Below, in pieces: positions 43,144-54,111 of a stretch of 64,000 bases of DNA. The DNA lies in NCBI GenBank assembly GCA_963733095.1, contig CAVTBV010000012.1:96001-160000 (forward strand). Reading direction: 5' to 3'. This DNA comes from Candidatus Bathyarchaeota archaeon. GTDB taxonomy: Archaea; Thermoproteota; Bathyarchaeia; Bathyarchaeales; Bathycorpusculaceae. Under the pieces are notes generated by a model that was not told where the DNA came from, did not search any database, and worked only from the letters and a program-made list of their open reading frames with translations. The position numbers were made by a program, and so were the translations under genes. Positions within the stretch are counted from its first letter, which is position 1. Each line of letters starts with the position of its first letter.

Positions 43144-44088
43144 ATGGGTAAAGGTTCAGGGTATGGAAAAGTAATCTTGTTCGGCGAGCACTTCGTTGTT
43201 CACGGAGTACCGGGTATAGTGTCAGCCATCGACTCTACGACCGACGCGGAAGTCAAAAAGGCATCAAAAGGAATTAATGTTAAGGATGAGCGGAAAACCG
43301 CGAAGGGTTACAGTGAAGAAAAACGTCTCCAGCAAATGGAATCCATCGATAGAATGCTTAAAGCTATGGGAATTGACCCCAAAATCGCGTTGAACATTTG
43401 GGTTGGCGGCACGCTTCCTGGTTTTAGCGGTTTGGGCGCTTCGGCGGCAAGCAGCGTCGCCATCGCACGAGCCATCGCGCAGGAACTCGGCATGAAGGTG
43501 GCAGAAGAGATGATTAATCAGGTGGCTTATGAAGCTGAGAAAGCTTATGCGGGCAACCCCTCAGGCATCGACAATACTGCAGCCACCTTCGGCGGGTTGA
43601 TGTGGTTTAAGAAAAACTTGGGCGGCGGACAAGACCTGGTTGAACGTTTAGCCATAGAGGCACCGGTGGAAATAGTAATCGGCAGCACGGGCAAAGTCGC
43701 GAACACCAAAGCCATGGTGGAAGGCGTCTCTGAACGCAAACTCAAAAACCCCCAAAAATACAACTCCATATTCAAACGAGCTGAAGAACTCGCCTACGAA
43801 GGCCGAGCAGCACTAGAATTCTACAACCTCAAAAAAATCGGCGAACTCATGAACGAAAACCATCGCCTACTCCAAGAAATCGAAGTCTCAAGCAAAGAAC
43901 TCGACCTGCTCGTTGACGTTGCCAGAAATCAAGGTGCAGTAGGTGCTAAGCTCACGGGCGGCGGAGGTGGCGGATGCATGTTTGCGTTGACACCAGGCAA
44001 GGAGTTGCAGGGCAAAGTCGCAAGCGCCATTAAGAGTTTGGGTTTTGAAGTTTTAAGCACCAAAATTGGCGTCGAAACACAAAAGTAA
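43144..44088 (+). CDS. mvk: Mevalonate kinase
   Basis: GKVILFGEHFVVHG, SGLGASAA, NPSGIDN, AKLTGGGGGG. Confidence 0.93.
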   Translation: MGKGSGYGKVILFGEHFVVHGVPGIVSAIDSTTDAEVKKASKGINVKDERKTAKGYSEEKRLQQMESIDRMLKAMGIDPKIALNIWVGGTLPGFSGLGASAASSVAIARAIAQELGMKVAEEMINQVAYEAEKAYAGNPSGIDNTAATFGGLMWFKKNLGGGQDLVERLAIEAPVEIVIGSTGKVANTKAMVEGVSERKLKNPQKYNSIFKRAEELAYEGRAALEFYNLKKIGELMNENHRLLQEIEVSSKELDLLVDVARNQGAVGAKLTGGGGGGCMFALTPGKELQGKVASAIKSLGFEVLSTKIGVETQK

Positions 44089-44327
44089 AAAAGGTGGCGG
44101 GAATAACTGCCATTTTTGTTTTTTTAGCTTATAACCTTGTGTTCTTTCAAGAAGCTCAGGGTTTCATTGTGGAGTGTACTAGAATACCCGAGTAGTTAGT
44201 TCTTGTTTATCAATAATCAAATAGTTAATTTTCTTGTTTCTAAAGTAGCTGGTAAGTCAAATGGACATGTTTTTCACTACACACATAATTTTAATTCTGA
44301 TTTCCAATTATTAGTAAGACGATAAGT

Positions 44328-44621
44328 ATGAGACGTTCCAAATTAGAAATGTACATTGACATCCTTACAGTTCTGGCTCATAAAGGACCGCTGAAGCTAA
44401 CACACATCATGTATAAAGCAAACGTTAACTGTAGTGTCTTAAAAGAAAATCTTGATTTCCTCATAAAACAAGGCTTGATAGAAGAGCGCTCTATTCACAA
44501 AAGCCGCATAGTATACGCAGTTACTCAACGTGGAATATCAGTTTTGAAATACTTCAAGGAACTAAAACAAGTCTTGCCTATAGTAGAGAAAACACGAAAC
44601 CAAGCAGCAATCCCCTATTAA
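44328..44621 (+). CDS. Archaeal winged-helix regulator (HTH_45/DUF4364-like)
   Basis: RRSKLEMYIDIL, LTHIMYKANVN, Y.VTQRG. Confidence 0.85.
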   Translation: MRRSKLEMYIDILTVLAHKGPLKLTHIMYKANVNCSVLKENLDFLIKQGLIEERSIHKSRIVYAVTQRGISVLKYFKELKQVLPIVEKTRNQAAIPY

Positions 44622-44639
44622 AACCACGACTAAAAGCAT

Positions 44640-44765
44640 CTAAGTTGGTTCTGGTTTCCTGCATGGACAATAAAAGCTGTGGTTCGATTGTTTATGTTTG
44701 TAAACTTTGGCCTCTTCAACCGCACTAACAACCCAGACAAGGTGACCGCAGTTCTTACATTTCAT
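44640..44765 (-). CDS. 41-aa Cys-rich microprotein
   Basis: MKCKNCGHLV..YKH..YCPCRKPEPT*; SD-like GAGG upstream. Confidence 0.6.
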   Translation of the reverse strand: MKCKNCGHLVWVVSAVEEAKVYKHKQSNHSFYCPCRKPEPT

Positions 44766-44931
44766 AGATGAACCTCAAACAAGAATTTGGTTTCTAGTCA
44801 CTAATCAGCATTATGAGAATATGACACTTTTCTTTTTACTGAATAATATTCCTTCCGAAACAACTGTAACAACTATGTTCAAGAAACATTAAAAACTGTC
44901 GCCGAAAGAACGTCGCTAACTAAGCTCAGTA

Positions 44932-47382
44932 TCACCTTTTGAATACAATTCCTGTGTGGTTAAGTAGTTTGTATAAGCGCACTTTTGCAAGGTCCGTTAT
45001 AAAGAAAAGTGTAAACGCGTAACCCCACACCAGAGCGGCCAGTCCCCAACCCATAGCAGGAAGCAGAAAACCGTATACAGTAATTAATATAGCAGTTAAT
45101 TGAACAGCTACGGATGCAAAAAGAAGCTGCTTAGCAGGTTTAACCGACCAAAAATGCCCCTTAGTTCTCGCAACAAACACAGTCATATTTCCCGCGACTG
45201 CAAGCTTCAGGTATATGAAAGATTGCAGCACCACTAGGTTTAGCTTCAACACAACTAATCCGATGTAGAGAATCCCGAAAGTCGAAAATACCCCGATTAC
45301 TCCAAGAAACGTCGCTATACCCAACAGAGTTCGCATGTCCCATTTCTCAGGCTTATTAGAGTATTTCACGTTGTCATAAGCTATGGTCATTATCGGCAGG
45401 TCATTTAGAAGCGCTAACAAAACCAGCATCAGAGCATTGATTGGGAAAAACTGGAAAATGAGGATTGATGCAGTCATGAAAAGCAGAATGCGTATCGTTT
45501 CTGCGATTCGGTACGTACAATAATTCGTCATTCGCTGGAAAATCTTGCGACTCTCCTTAATAGCGTCGATAATGACAGAAAGACCGGGTTTAGTCAGAAC
45601 TATATCTGCCGCTGACTTTGCAGCGTCGGTGGCGCCCTGAACAGCAATACCAGCGTTAGCTTTCTTCAAAGCTGGCGCATCATTTACCCCATCGCCAGTC
45701 ATGCCTACGATGTGTCCTCTGTTTTGGAGAAGTTCTACGATATGATATTTGTGTTCAGGAAAGACCTCTGCGAATCCCTCAGCTTTTTCTACTATGTCTT
45801 GTGCGTCTTTTTCGTGTGATGATCCCATAAAGGCTTCGGGAAGTACGATGGTTGTTCCCAAATTTACTTCACGTGATATTTCTTTGGCGATAGCTATGTG
45901 GTCTCCGGTGACCATTTTCACGTTAACACCCATCGATTGAGCGGTCTTTATTGTTTTGGCTGAATCTTCCCGCGGTGGGTCAAACAAAGCAATTAACCCT
46001 GCAAATTGCCACTTATTCTCCTTATTAGTTCGTGCCACGCCAAGCGCACGGTACCCTTTTTTCGCAAATTCGTTAACATCTTCAGTTAATTTGTCATTGA
46101 TTGCTTTTTTGTCTTCGATTAAGGCTAGAATAGCTTGAGGGGCTCCTTTAGTTACCTTAAACTGGCTCCCATTCTCTTCTAGTACTGTTGCCTCTGTTCT
46201 TTTTACCACTGGATCAAAGGGTTTAAAACCGGTTACTTTGATTTGTTTAATTCTATCTTCAATGGCGGGAGTACTCTTGGTTTTTGTAAAGATTGCATTG
46301 TCGATTGGATCTTGATCTTCTTCTCTTGAAGCTAGTGTACTGAATAACAGGACATCATTTTCTGTGAATTCGGCATAAGGTTTGGTTCCGCCCATAGTGA
46401 GCGCGTTTTTGGTGATAGTTCCTGTTTTGTCGGAGCACAGCACATCCATACTTGCCATTTCCTCAATTGCGACCAACTTGCTAACTATAGCTTCCTTTTT
46501 CGCTAGGGCTATGGCACCTATAGCCATTGTAACTGAAAGAACCGCGGGAAGTGCAGCGGGTATACCTGCAACAGTCAAAATCAATGCAAACTGAATGATG
46601 TCTAAGATGTTTTGACCCCGAAAAATTGATACTAACGCGATAATTAATACCAGTCCTATCGCGAGGAAAATCAGATAATCGCCTATTTTGCTGATGGCTT
46701 TTTGGAAGTGACTTGGTGTTTGGGCTTGTTCGACGAGTTTAGCAGTTTTGCCGAAAAAGGTTTTGGCGGCGGTGTTGACTACGAGCGCGTTCATTTCGCC
46801 CTGTTTGACGATTGAGCTTGCATATCCTATGTCTGAGAGATGTTTCTCTACGGGAAGAGATTCACCGGTTAATGCGGATTCGTCTGTTAAGAGGTAGTCT
46901 CCGTCAATTAGTTTTACGTCAGCAGGGACAATTTCTCCTAAACGCAATCGAACAACGTCGCCTGGCACCAATTTTCCAGCGGGCATTTCCTGCCATTTAC
47001 CATCACGCAGAACTCGCGCCTTTATGGCTAGTCTCTGCTTGAGCAGTTCTATGGCGTTTCCTGCTTTGTGTTCCTGCCACGAACCAACTATAGCGTTTAC
47101 CATCAATAGTGTCAAAATTATTGCAAAATCAGGCCATCGTTGGATGACCGCAGACATTATTACTGCTGCCTCAATCATCCAGGGAATTGGACCCCAAAAA
47201 TAGCGCAGGAACTTTAGTAGCGGGTTAACTTTTTTCTCCTGAATTTCATTAGGACCGTATTGAGCAAGTCGTTTTTCCGCTTCTGAGGAAGAAAGACCCC
47301 CCTTGTTAGCCGAAAGATTACTTAATAGATCATCAATATTGGCTTTTTTTGCCTCTTCTGTGGTTAAGAGACTTTGACTCAT
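44932..47382 (-). CDS. Plasma-membrane-type proton-efflux P-type ATPase (P3A)
   Basis: FWGPIPWMIEAA, TGES, IPAALP, DKTGT, KGAP, TGDGVNDAPA, LLNDL. Confidence 0.93.
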   Translation of the reverse strand: MSQSLLTTEEAKKANIDDLLSNLSANKGGLSSSEAEKRLAQYGPNEIQEKKVNPLLKFLRYFWGPIPWMIEAAVIMSAVIQRWPDFAIILTLLMVNAIVGSWQEHKAGNAIELLKQRLAIKARVLRDGKWQEMPAGKLVPGDVVRLRLGEIVPADVKLIDGDYLLTDESALTGESLPVEKHLSDIGYASSIVKQGEMNALVVNTAAKTFFGKTAKLVEQAQTPSHFQKAISKIGDYLIFLAIGLVLIIALVSIFRGQNILDIIQFALILTVAGIPAALPAVLSVTMAIGAIALAKKEAIVSKLVAIEEMASMDVLCSDKTGTITKNALTMGGTKPYAEFTENDVLLFSTLASREEDQDPIDNAIFTKTKSTPAIEDRIKQIKVTGFKPFDPVVKRTEATVLEENGSQFKVTKGAPQAILALIEDKKAINDKLTEDVNEFAKKGYRALGVARTNKENKWQFAGLIALFDPPREDSAKTIKTAQSMGVNVKMVTGDHIAIAKEISREVNLGTTIVLPEAFMGSSHEKDAQDIVEKAEGFAEVFPEHKYHIVELLQNRGHIVGMTGDGVNDAPALKKANAGIAVQGATDAAKSAADIVLTKPGLSVIIDAIKESRKIFQRMTNYCTYRIAETIRILLFMTASILIFQFFPINALMLVLLALLNDLPIMTIAYDNVKYSNKPEKWDMRTLLGIATFLGVIGVFSTFGILYIGLVVLKLNLVVLQSFIYLKLAVAGNMTVFVARTKGHFWSVKPAKQLLFASVAVQLTAILITVYGFLLPAMGWGLAALVWGYAFTLFFITDLAKVRLYKLLNHTGIVFKR

Positions 47383-48701
47383 GCATTGACACTCTCTATC
47401 AGTTTTGTCATTTCCTTCTTGAGTTCGTCAAGTCTTTTTTGATCTCTTACCTCTATCGATAAGCGCAGTATCGGTGATGTGTTTGATGCTCTGATCAGAG
47501 CCCATGAATCTGGAAAAACAATTTTGACGCCATCAATGGTGTTTATGTTTTGATAGGTTTCCATTGCCTTTTCTTTTATCTTGTTGATAACTTGAAACTT
47601 TGTTTCGTCTGAGCATTTTATTTCGATTCTTTCGAAAAGCCTCGCCGGCAACTCTTTAATAGCTTCTGACAGTTTCTGCCCCATTTTTGAGACTATTTCT
47701 GTCAGGTACATACTGTTTATTATTGCATCGTCAAACCAAAAGAACTTTGGAACACATATGTGACCAGATTTTTCAACACCAAACACAGCGTTGTGCTTCT
47801 TGGTCTCCTGCACCAAAAAAGTGTGGCCAACTGGTACTCGAAACACTTTTTCACCGTATTTCTTAACCTCATCTTCTATAATGTCTGAACATTCTATGTT
47901 GGCGACGACCGGTCCCCTCTGAGTTTTCATTATATCCCTGATGAAGAGGATTGCGCTTTGCTCGGTCATGATGACTTTGCCTGTGTCATCAACGAAAATG
48001 GCTCTGTCGCCATCGCCATCGAACGCTATTCCAAGATCTGCCTTCTCCGATACAACCTTCTTGCACAGAGCGGTCAACGCTTCTGGTTTCGGTTCAGGGT
48101 CTCTGTTCGAGAATGTTGGGTCCGGCCAATCAAACAGGAAAGTGGCTTTGACACCAATTTTATTGAGGATTTTCGGCACCAAGAGACATGCAGCTCCGTT
48201 TCCGAAGTCAGCGACCACACTTATTTTCTCCGGTTTTATTTTTTCATCAATGAAATTAGCGTATTCTACGTCCATTCCTTCGAGTTTCTTTGCTGTTCCC
48301 GTTCCTGTTTTAAAATTTTCTGAAGCGCTTATCTCCCCAAGTTTTTTGTTTTCGTCTTCGAAGAAGCCAACTCCGTCTTGATGGAAGAACTTAACTCCGT
48401 TCCACTCTGCTGGCAGATGAGACGCAGTTATGTATGCGGTTGCATCGTTTTTCATTTTCCAGGTGGCAAAGACGCATAGACTCGCCGGACAGGTTCCGAT
48501 TAGATTTGCGTTTGACCCCGTTTTTTTCAGTCCTGAAATAAACGCCTCCTCAAGTTCGGCTCCATGCTCTCTGAAGTCCCGTCCAATCGTGAAGGTACCA
48601 GGGGACAAGGTTCCGGCTGCTTCACCTATTTTGGCCATGATTTCTTCCGTTAAGTCTTTACCATAAATTCCTCTTATGTCGTAAGCTCTAAAAATACTCA
48701 T
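47379..48701 (-). CDS. Phosphomannomutase/phosphoglucomutase
   Basis: IFRAYDIRG, TASHLP, FDGDGDR, EKSGH, RASNT. Confidence 0.93.
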   Translation of the reverse strand: MSIFRAYDIRGIYGKDLTEEIMAKIGEAAGTLSPGTFTIGRDFREHGAELEEAFISGLKKTGSNANLIGTCPASLCVFATWKMKNDATAYITASHLPAEWNGVKFFHQDGVGFFEDENKKLGEISASENFKTGTGTAKKLEGMDVEYANFIDEKIKPEKISVVADFGNGAACLLVPKILNKIGVKATFLFDWPDPTFSNRDPEPKPEALTALCKKVVSEKADLGIAFDGDGDRAIFVDDTGKVIMTEQSAILFIRDIMKTQRGPVVANIECSDIIEDEVKKYGEKVFRVPVGHTFLVQETKKHNAVFGVEKSGHICVPKFFWFDDAIINSMYLTEIVSKMGQKLSEAIKELPARLFERIEIKCSDETKFQVINKIKEKAMETYQNINTIDGVKIVFPDSWALIRASNTSPILRLSIEVRDQKRLDELKKEMTKLIESVNA

Positions 48702-48742
48702 TTTCTGTCACTTACCGTTTTTATTTGGACCAAAATGTTGAC

Positions 48743-50557
48743 CTATAGATAGGCATCTGTGGCGTATCTTCGCATCATACGATGCGTATTAAAGTAATAT
48801 GCGACTTTGCCTATAGAGTTTTTCATCATATATATCCAACCGTCGCGGTCCTGGTAAAATTTGGGAATAATAACATATTCCAGCTTGTTGTAGAGGTCAG
48901 CAATTTCTCTTTTTCTTCTTTGTTCTTCACTTATCGTTTGATCAGGCGATGGACCTATAGCCCACCCTGTGAGACTTTCAACGCAACCTTCTATCCACCA
49001 TCCGTCTAAAACGCTGAAGTTGATTACACCGTTATGAGATGCTTTCATTCCGCTTGTTCCAGATGCCTCCATTGGCGGCATAGGGGTATTAAGCCAAACG
49101 TCAACACCCGAAGTCAATTTTTGAGCCATTTCCATATTGTAATTTTCAAGATAGACTATTTCGATTTCACCCTTCAGGCGGTCCTTAAACTCGTAAATTT
49201 CTTTGATAAGATTTTTTCCCAGCACATCCTTCGGATGTGCCTTTCCAGCGAAAATAAGTTGAATCTTGCCCTGACTGTTGACTTCTTTAAGCTTTTCTAT
49301 ATCTGAAAAAATCATTGCTGCTCGCTTGTATTCCGTGGCTCTTCTGGCAAACCCTAACGTTAAAGCTTCGGTATCCATTTGCAACCCAGAACTGGTGTGA
49401 ACAAAGTCGAGTAAATCTTGCTTTGCTTTTATGTGAGCTTCCCATAGATCCTCTTCAGGAACAGTGTCAACTCTTACCAAAAGTTCAGGTTCATTGGCCC
49501 ATCGGGGAATATATTTGTCGAATAATTTTCTAAAGTGTGAACAAGTCCAAGTGTAGGAATGGACACCGTTGGTTATTTCCTGAATGTGGTATCCAGGAAA
49601 CAATTTCCTCGAGTACTCCATGTGTGCTTCTGTTACGCCATTGGTGTATTTGCTAAGATTTAAGGCCAGAAGAGTCATGTTCAATTTGTCAGATCCGCCG
49701 AACTCTTTCAAGCTTTTCTCAGGCACCTCTGTTTCAAGAACTTCCGAAAGGAGGTCGTATGAGAATTTGTCAAATGCGGCAGCCACTGGAGTATGGGTTG
49801 TGAAAACACACCGATTTTTTACTTTGTCAGCGTTCAAATCGTTGTTCTTTAACAGTTCAAGGGTGAGAAGACTGCTATGGCCCTCGTTCATGTGATATTT
49901 CTTAACATTAATTTTCAGCGCCTCAAGAATACGTAACCCGCCTATTCCCAAAACAATTTCTTGCTTTAACCTGTATTTTTCGTCTCCTCCATAAAGGAAA
50001 TCTGTAATTTCCCTATCTTCTTGAGTGTTCCCTTCAACATCGGTTGTAAGGAACAACACAGGAATGGTTCCTCCGGTTAGACTTTCTTGTTCATAGACCC
50101 AAACTCCGATTTTGACATCTCGCCCAGAAATTTTTATGGTTGCAGTTTCGGGTAATAGTTTCATGAATTTTGAAGGATCCCATTCTTCAGGGTATTCCAT
50201 TTGCCAGCCGTCAGGCGTTAGTTTCTGTTTCAGATAGCCTTTTTTACTGACAAGGGTTAATGCGACTAATGGAATTCTCAAGTCTGCACTTGACCTAATC
50301 ACGTCTCCCGCCAAAACGCCCAGTCCTCCGCTGTAGGTTGGCATGGCAGAGTTTATGCCGATTTCCATGGAAAAGTAAGCGATTTTGGTGCCTTCGATGA
50401 AGCTGCTCATGCAGTACTCGCTGTCAAAATAATACTGCTTAGACAAAAAATTCGCTGTAAACTGAGTGGTGGATGGTTCTAAAGGCATTCCACAAACAGG
50501 ATCTTTGATAAACATATAAACAAAAACCTCGCTAAGAAGAGTGCTACCTCCACCCAT
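48743..50557 (-). CDS. glgP: Alpha-glucan phosphorylase with N-terminal YHS/TRASH-like domain
   Basis: KDPVCGM..YYFDSEYC, then AYFSMEIG, YSGGLG, FARR..YKR, EASGTSGMK. Confidence 0.93.
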   Translation of the reverse strand: MGGGSTLLSEVFVYMFIKDPVCGMPLEPSTTQFTANFLSKQYYFDSEYCMSSFIEGTKIAYFSMEIGINSAMPTYSGGLGVLAGDVIRSSADLRIPLVALTLVSKKGYLKQKLTPDGWQMEYPEEWDPSKFMKLLPETATIKISGRDVKIGVWVYEQESLTGGTIPVLFLTTDVEGNTQEDREITDFLYGGDEKYRLKQEIVLGIGGLRILEALKINVKKYHMNEGHSSLLTLELLKNNDLNADKVKNRCVFTTHTPVAAAFDKFSYDLLSEVLETEVPEKSLKEFGGSDKLNMTLLALNLSKYTNGVTEAHMEYSRKLFPGYHIQEITNGVHSYTWTCSHFRKLFDKYIPRWANEPELLVRVDTVPEEDLWEAHIKAKQDLLDFVHTSSGLQMDTEALTLGFARRATEYKRAAMIFSDIEKLKEVNSQGKIQLIFAGKAHPKDVLGKNLIKEIYEFKDRLKGEIEIVYLENYNMEMAQKLTSGVDVWLNTPMPPMEASGTSGMKASHNGVINFSVLDGWWIEGCVESLTGWAIGPSPDQTISEEQRRKREIADLYNKLEYVIIPKFYQDRDGWIYMMKNSIGKVAYYFNTHRMMRRYATDAYL

Positions 50558-50849
50558 AATTAGTTTCCGCTATTAAATAACTCACCTTTTTGGGCTCAAG
50601 AAATTGGCTATTTTGTTCGCTTTTGCCGTTTGGCTCATTTGACAACACAGTGTGACGTGTAGGGACGCACAATTAAGAGGGACCTTGTCGGTTCAACATT
50701 CAATACTCACCAAAACTTAAGCTCAACCCAAACGTGGGCGGGACCCTATAGGTTACTCTTGCGGATTTAGAATAGGGATATAGCTTGAGGGTTTTTAAGC
50801 TTCAACACAGCTTCTATTGTAGTAGACGGCAACAATAAGGAGGAATATC

Positions 50850-51098
50850 GTGAGTAGATCAAGGCAAGGTGGCAGTTACGAGGGAAAACGTGGTCATGGC
50901 AAGGGTTTTAAACGTTGCCCAGTGGAGTTGGGGGAAGAATTGGAAGTAGCAATTACGGAATTGAGCCCAAAGGGAGAAGGTATAGCTAGAAATCAAGGCT
51001 TTGTAATTTATGTTGCCGACGCAAAACCTGGAGACATAGTAAAAGTAAAGATCACCAAACTGACAAACATGGCAGCAAATGCACAAGTTGTTAAATAG
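50850..51098 (+). CDS. Single-TRAM domain RNA-binding protein
   Basis: PVELGEE..I..L..KGEGIAR..GFVIYV..AKPGD.VKVKI. Confidence 0.88.
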   Translation: MSRSRQGGSYEGKRGHGKGFKRCPVELGEELEVAITELSPKGEGIARNQGFVIYVADAKPGDIVKVKITKLTNMAANAQVVK

Positions 51099-51384
51099 AT
51101 TCGCTAATGAAAATCAAACTAAAATTTTGCAAAATCAACAAGCACAATTATAGCATAAATACTTAGTTAGAAATCGCGCTAATTCTTTAAACGACTTTAA
51201 ATCCTTGTATAACAGTATATAAGTTGCAGAGTCAGCGGTTTTGGAACAGCAAAAAACTAAGTCTTCAATCTTTCTGATCAAATCCATTTCGGGTATGCTC
51301 TGAGATAAGACTAAGCCCATGAATCCATAAAAACGCTGATTATGCAAAAAAACTATTAATGGATAACATTTAGGAGAGAATAAA

Positions 51385-53037
51385 ATGGCATATTTAACAC
51401 AAACCCAAAGTGGTCAACCAGTCCTCATCTTAAAAGAAGGAACCTCCCGAAGCAGAGGTAAAGAAGCCCAAAGAAACAACATCATGGCAGCACGAGTAAT
51501 CGGTGAAGTGCTAAAAACAACCTTAGGTCCACGAGGCATGGATAAAATGCTAATCGACAGCCTGGGCGACATAACAATAACCAACGATGGTGCAACAATT
51601 CTGAAAGAAATGGACGTTGAACATCCAGCAGGAAAAATGATGATTGAAATCGCCAAAACCCAAGATGACATGGTAGGCGACGGAACGACATCCGCAGTCG
51701 TTCTCGCAAGCGAATTACTCAAGAAAGCCGAAGAACTCCTCGACCAAAACATCCACCCAATCATACTCGTTGCAGGATACCGCAAGGCAGCACAGAAAGC
51801 AATCGAAATCATAGCGAAAAACGCTGTTGACATCGATGTTGAGGATCAAAAAATGCTGATGAAAGTTGCTTTGACGTCCATGGGAAGCAAAGCTGTGGGT
51901 GGTGCTAAAGAGCACTTTGCGGAAATAGCCATAGAAGCCGTAAAGCAGGTAACGGAAAAGCACGCAGACAAGGTAATTGCAGACATAGATAACGTTCAGC
52001 TGGTGAAGAAGACGGGTAAAAGCCTTGTCGAGACGCAACTCGTCAGAGGAATAATCATAGACAAAGAAATCGTCCATTCGGGGATGCCCAAGAAGAAAGA
52101 AAACGCGAAAATCGCACTTTTAGATATGGCGTTAGAGATTGAAAAAACCGAAATGACTGCGGAAATACGCATACATGAGCCCAACCAGATGAAAGCTTTC
52201 CTAGACCAAGAGGACAGCACACTCAAAGAAATGGTGACCAAGATCAAAGCTTCAGGCGCAGACGTAATCTTCTGTCAAAAAGGCATCGACGACATGGTAC
52301 AGCACTTCTTATCCAAAGAAGGCATAATGGCAGCCCGCAGAGTTAAAGAGTCAGACATGGAAAAGCTCGCGAGAGCAACAGGCGGACGAGTAAGCTCTAA
52401 CTTGAACGATTTAAAGCCGGGAGACTTGGGTTTTGCGGGCTTAGTGGAAGAGCGCAAGATCGGCGATGACAAAATGATCTTTGTTGAAAAATGCAAAGAC
52501 CCACATTCAGTAGCCATACTGATACGTGCAGGGCTTGAAAGAATGGTGGATGAAGCTGAAAGAGTAATAACCGATGCGTTGTCAGTAATTTCAGACGTCA
52601 TTGAAAACAATAAAATCGTCGCGGGCGGCGGCGCCATCGAAATCGAAATTGCTAAAGGACTACGCAATTACTCGACCAAAGTCGGTGGAAGACAGCAACT
52701 CGCAGTAGAAGCTTTCGCAGACGCAGTCGAAGTCATCCCACGCACACTCGCAGAGAACGGGGGCTTAGAAGCCATAGACATACTCATAGAGTTACGTCAA
52801 GTGCACGATAAAGAAGATGGCAAATTCATCGGCATTAACGTATTTACAGGTAAATTGCAAAACAGCATTGAAAACGGCGTCATAGAACCAATCGTCGTTA
52901 AGGAACAAGCTATAAAATCAGCAGCCGAATCAGCAGCCACAATACTACGCGTAGACGACGTAATCACAGCCAAATCTCCAAAGGGAAGTCCAGGTGGCCC
53001 AGGCGGCGGAATGCCGGGCGGCATGGGCGAAGAATAA
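51385..53037 (+). CDS. ths: Thermosome (group II chaperonin) subunit
   Basis: TLGPRGMDKM, TNDGATIL, GDGTTS, GGM-rich tail. Confidence 0.96.
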   Translation: MAYLTQTQSGQPVLILKEGTSRSRGKEAQRNNIMAARVIGEVLKTTLGPRGMDKMLIDSLGDITITNDGATILKEMDVEHPAGKMMIEIAKTQDDMVGDGTTSAVVLASELLKKAEELLDQNIHPIILVAGYRKAAQKAIEIIAKNAVDIDVEDQKMLMKVALTSMGSKAVGGAKEHFAEIAIEAVKQVTEKHADKVIADIDNVQLVKKTGKSLVETQLVRGIIIDKEIVHSGMPKKKENAKIALLDMALEIEKTEMTAEIRIHEPNQMKAFLDQEDSTLKEMVTKIKASGADVIFCQKGIDDMVQHFLSKEGIMAARRVKESDMEKLARATGGRVSSNLNDLKPGDLGFAGLVEERKIGDDKMIFVEKCKDPHSVAILIRAGLERMVDEAERVITDALSVISDVIENNKIVAGGGAIEIEIAKGLRNYSTKVGGRQQLAVEAFADAVEVIPRTLAENGGLEAIDILIELRQVHDKEDGKFIGINVFTGKLQNSIENGVIEPIVVKEQAIKSAAESAATILRVDDVITAKSPKGSPGGPGGGMPGGMGEE

Positions 53038-53185
53038 ATTTTCCCCTTTAATTTTTTAGAAAAAAAAGTGTGTAAAGTTAAAGAAATCTAGTTTCTTATA
53101 ATCAAAATTGCTTTTAAATCGAACACCAAATCTGCTTATTGTTTATATCTTTGTTTTGAGTATTCTTTTTTTGAGAGCGATTTTT

Positions 53186-53524
53186 ATGGCGATATTTTTG
53201 ATAGTTTCTAGACATTCTCCGGAGAACTGTCCGATAAACAATGAAAAAATGAAAAAAATAACTCTGGAGTTACCAGAGAAATTAGGTGCATTGGAAGAAA
53301 AACATGGAATCAAGAGGATTGGGGCGTGGACTGTGATTCCTGAACATTTGACTGTGTGGGTGTATGAAGCCCCAAGTTCTGAAAGCCTCCAGAAATTTTC
53401 CATGGAGCCTGAAATGGTAAAATGGATGGCTTGGAACACCAACGAGATCAAATTAGCGATGAGTCTTGAAGAGAGCATAGACTTGTTAAATAAGCCAAAC
53501 ATGAATCGTACGCTTGAAATATAA
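53186..53524 (+). CDS. DUF3303/GYD-like dimeric alpha-beta barrel protein
   Basis: FLIVSRHSPENCP..EH....VYEAPS; probable ATG at 53186. Confidence 0.6.
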   Translation: MAIFLIVSRHSPENCPINNEKMKKITLELPEKLGALEEKHGIKRIGAWTVIPEHLTVWVYEAPSSESLQKFSMEPEMVKWMAWNTNEIKLAMSLEESIDLLNKPNMNRTLEI

Positions 53525-53559
53525 ATAATATTGAAGTAACAAGGAGTATGAAAGTTTAG

Positions 53560-53889
53560 ATGGTTAATTCTACCGTAGCTTTGCCGGTAAAGTGGGAAAA
53601 GTTTCTTAAGCAGTTAGCGGACGATCATCAAGTTGACTTGAATGGCGTTTTCAGTGAGTTGTGTGAGTGGGCTTTTTCCAATGCTGAAGGCAAAAAACAG
53701 TTTAGACTATGGTTAGACGATGCTTTTCCTCCAAAAGGTGAAGCTGAAGATAAAGCGCGGGATGCAGGCGCCAGAGAAAGAGCCCGTGAAGAAGAGGCAG
53801 AAGAAGAGTTTGAAGAAGAAGCTCATGAAGACGAAAACTACAACGAGGACATCGCCGGAGAGAACATCAAAGGGGAATTCAAGCCCTAA
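53560..53889 (+). CDS. Hypothetical protein with acidic C-terminus
   Basis: 109-aa ORF with SD. Confidence 0.65.
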   Translation: MVNSTVALPVKWEKFLKQLADDHQVDLNGVFSELCEWAFSNAEGKKQFRLWLDDAFPPKGEAEDKARDAGARERAREEEAEEEFEEEAHEDENYNEDIAGENIKGEFKP

Positions 53890-54111
53890 ATTGGCGATCA
53901 AAGTTTTCTATCATTATTGTTTCTTTCTTTTTTCTTTAGCTTGTCAACAATATCTGATTGTTCAGTACTCTTGATTAAGCAATATCGTGGATTGCACATA
54001 TGCGAATGGCAATGGACGAAGGAATTAAGCAATTGTGAAGCAACAAGGTATTGTTTCTTTTCAGAAAAGCAAGTAAGGAAAAGAAAACGTAACCATTCAG
54101 AGAAGGCCATT

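Noticed and set aside
50716-50790. Weak stem (CTCAA..CCCTAT/ATAGGG..TTGAG) upstream of the TRAM gene
   Set aside because: Pairing is short and lies upstream of the likely TATA box at about 50792; insufficient for an RNA call
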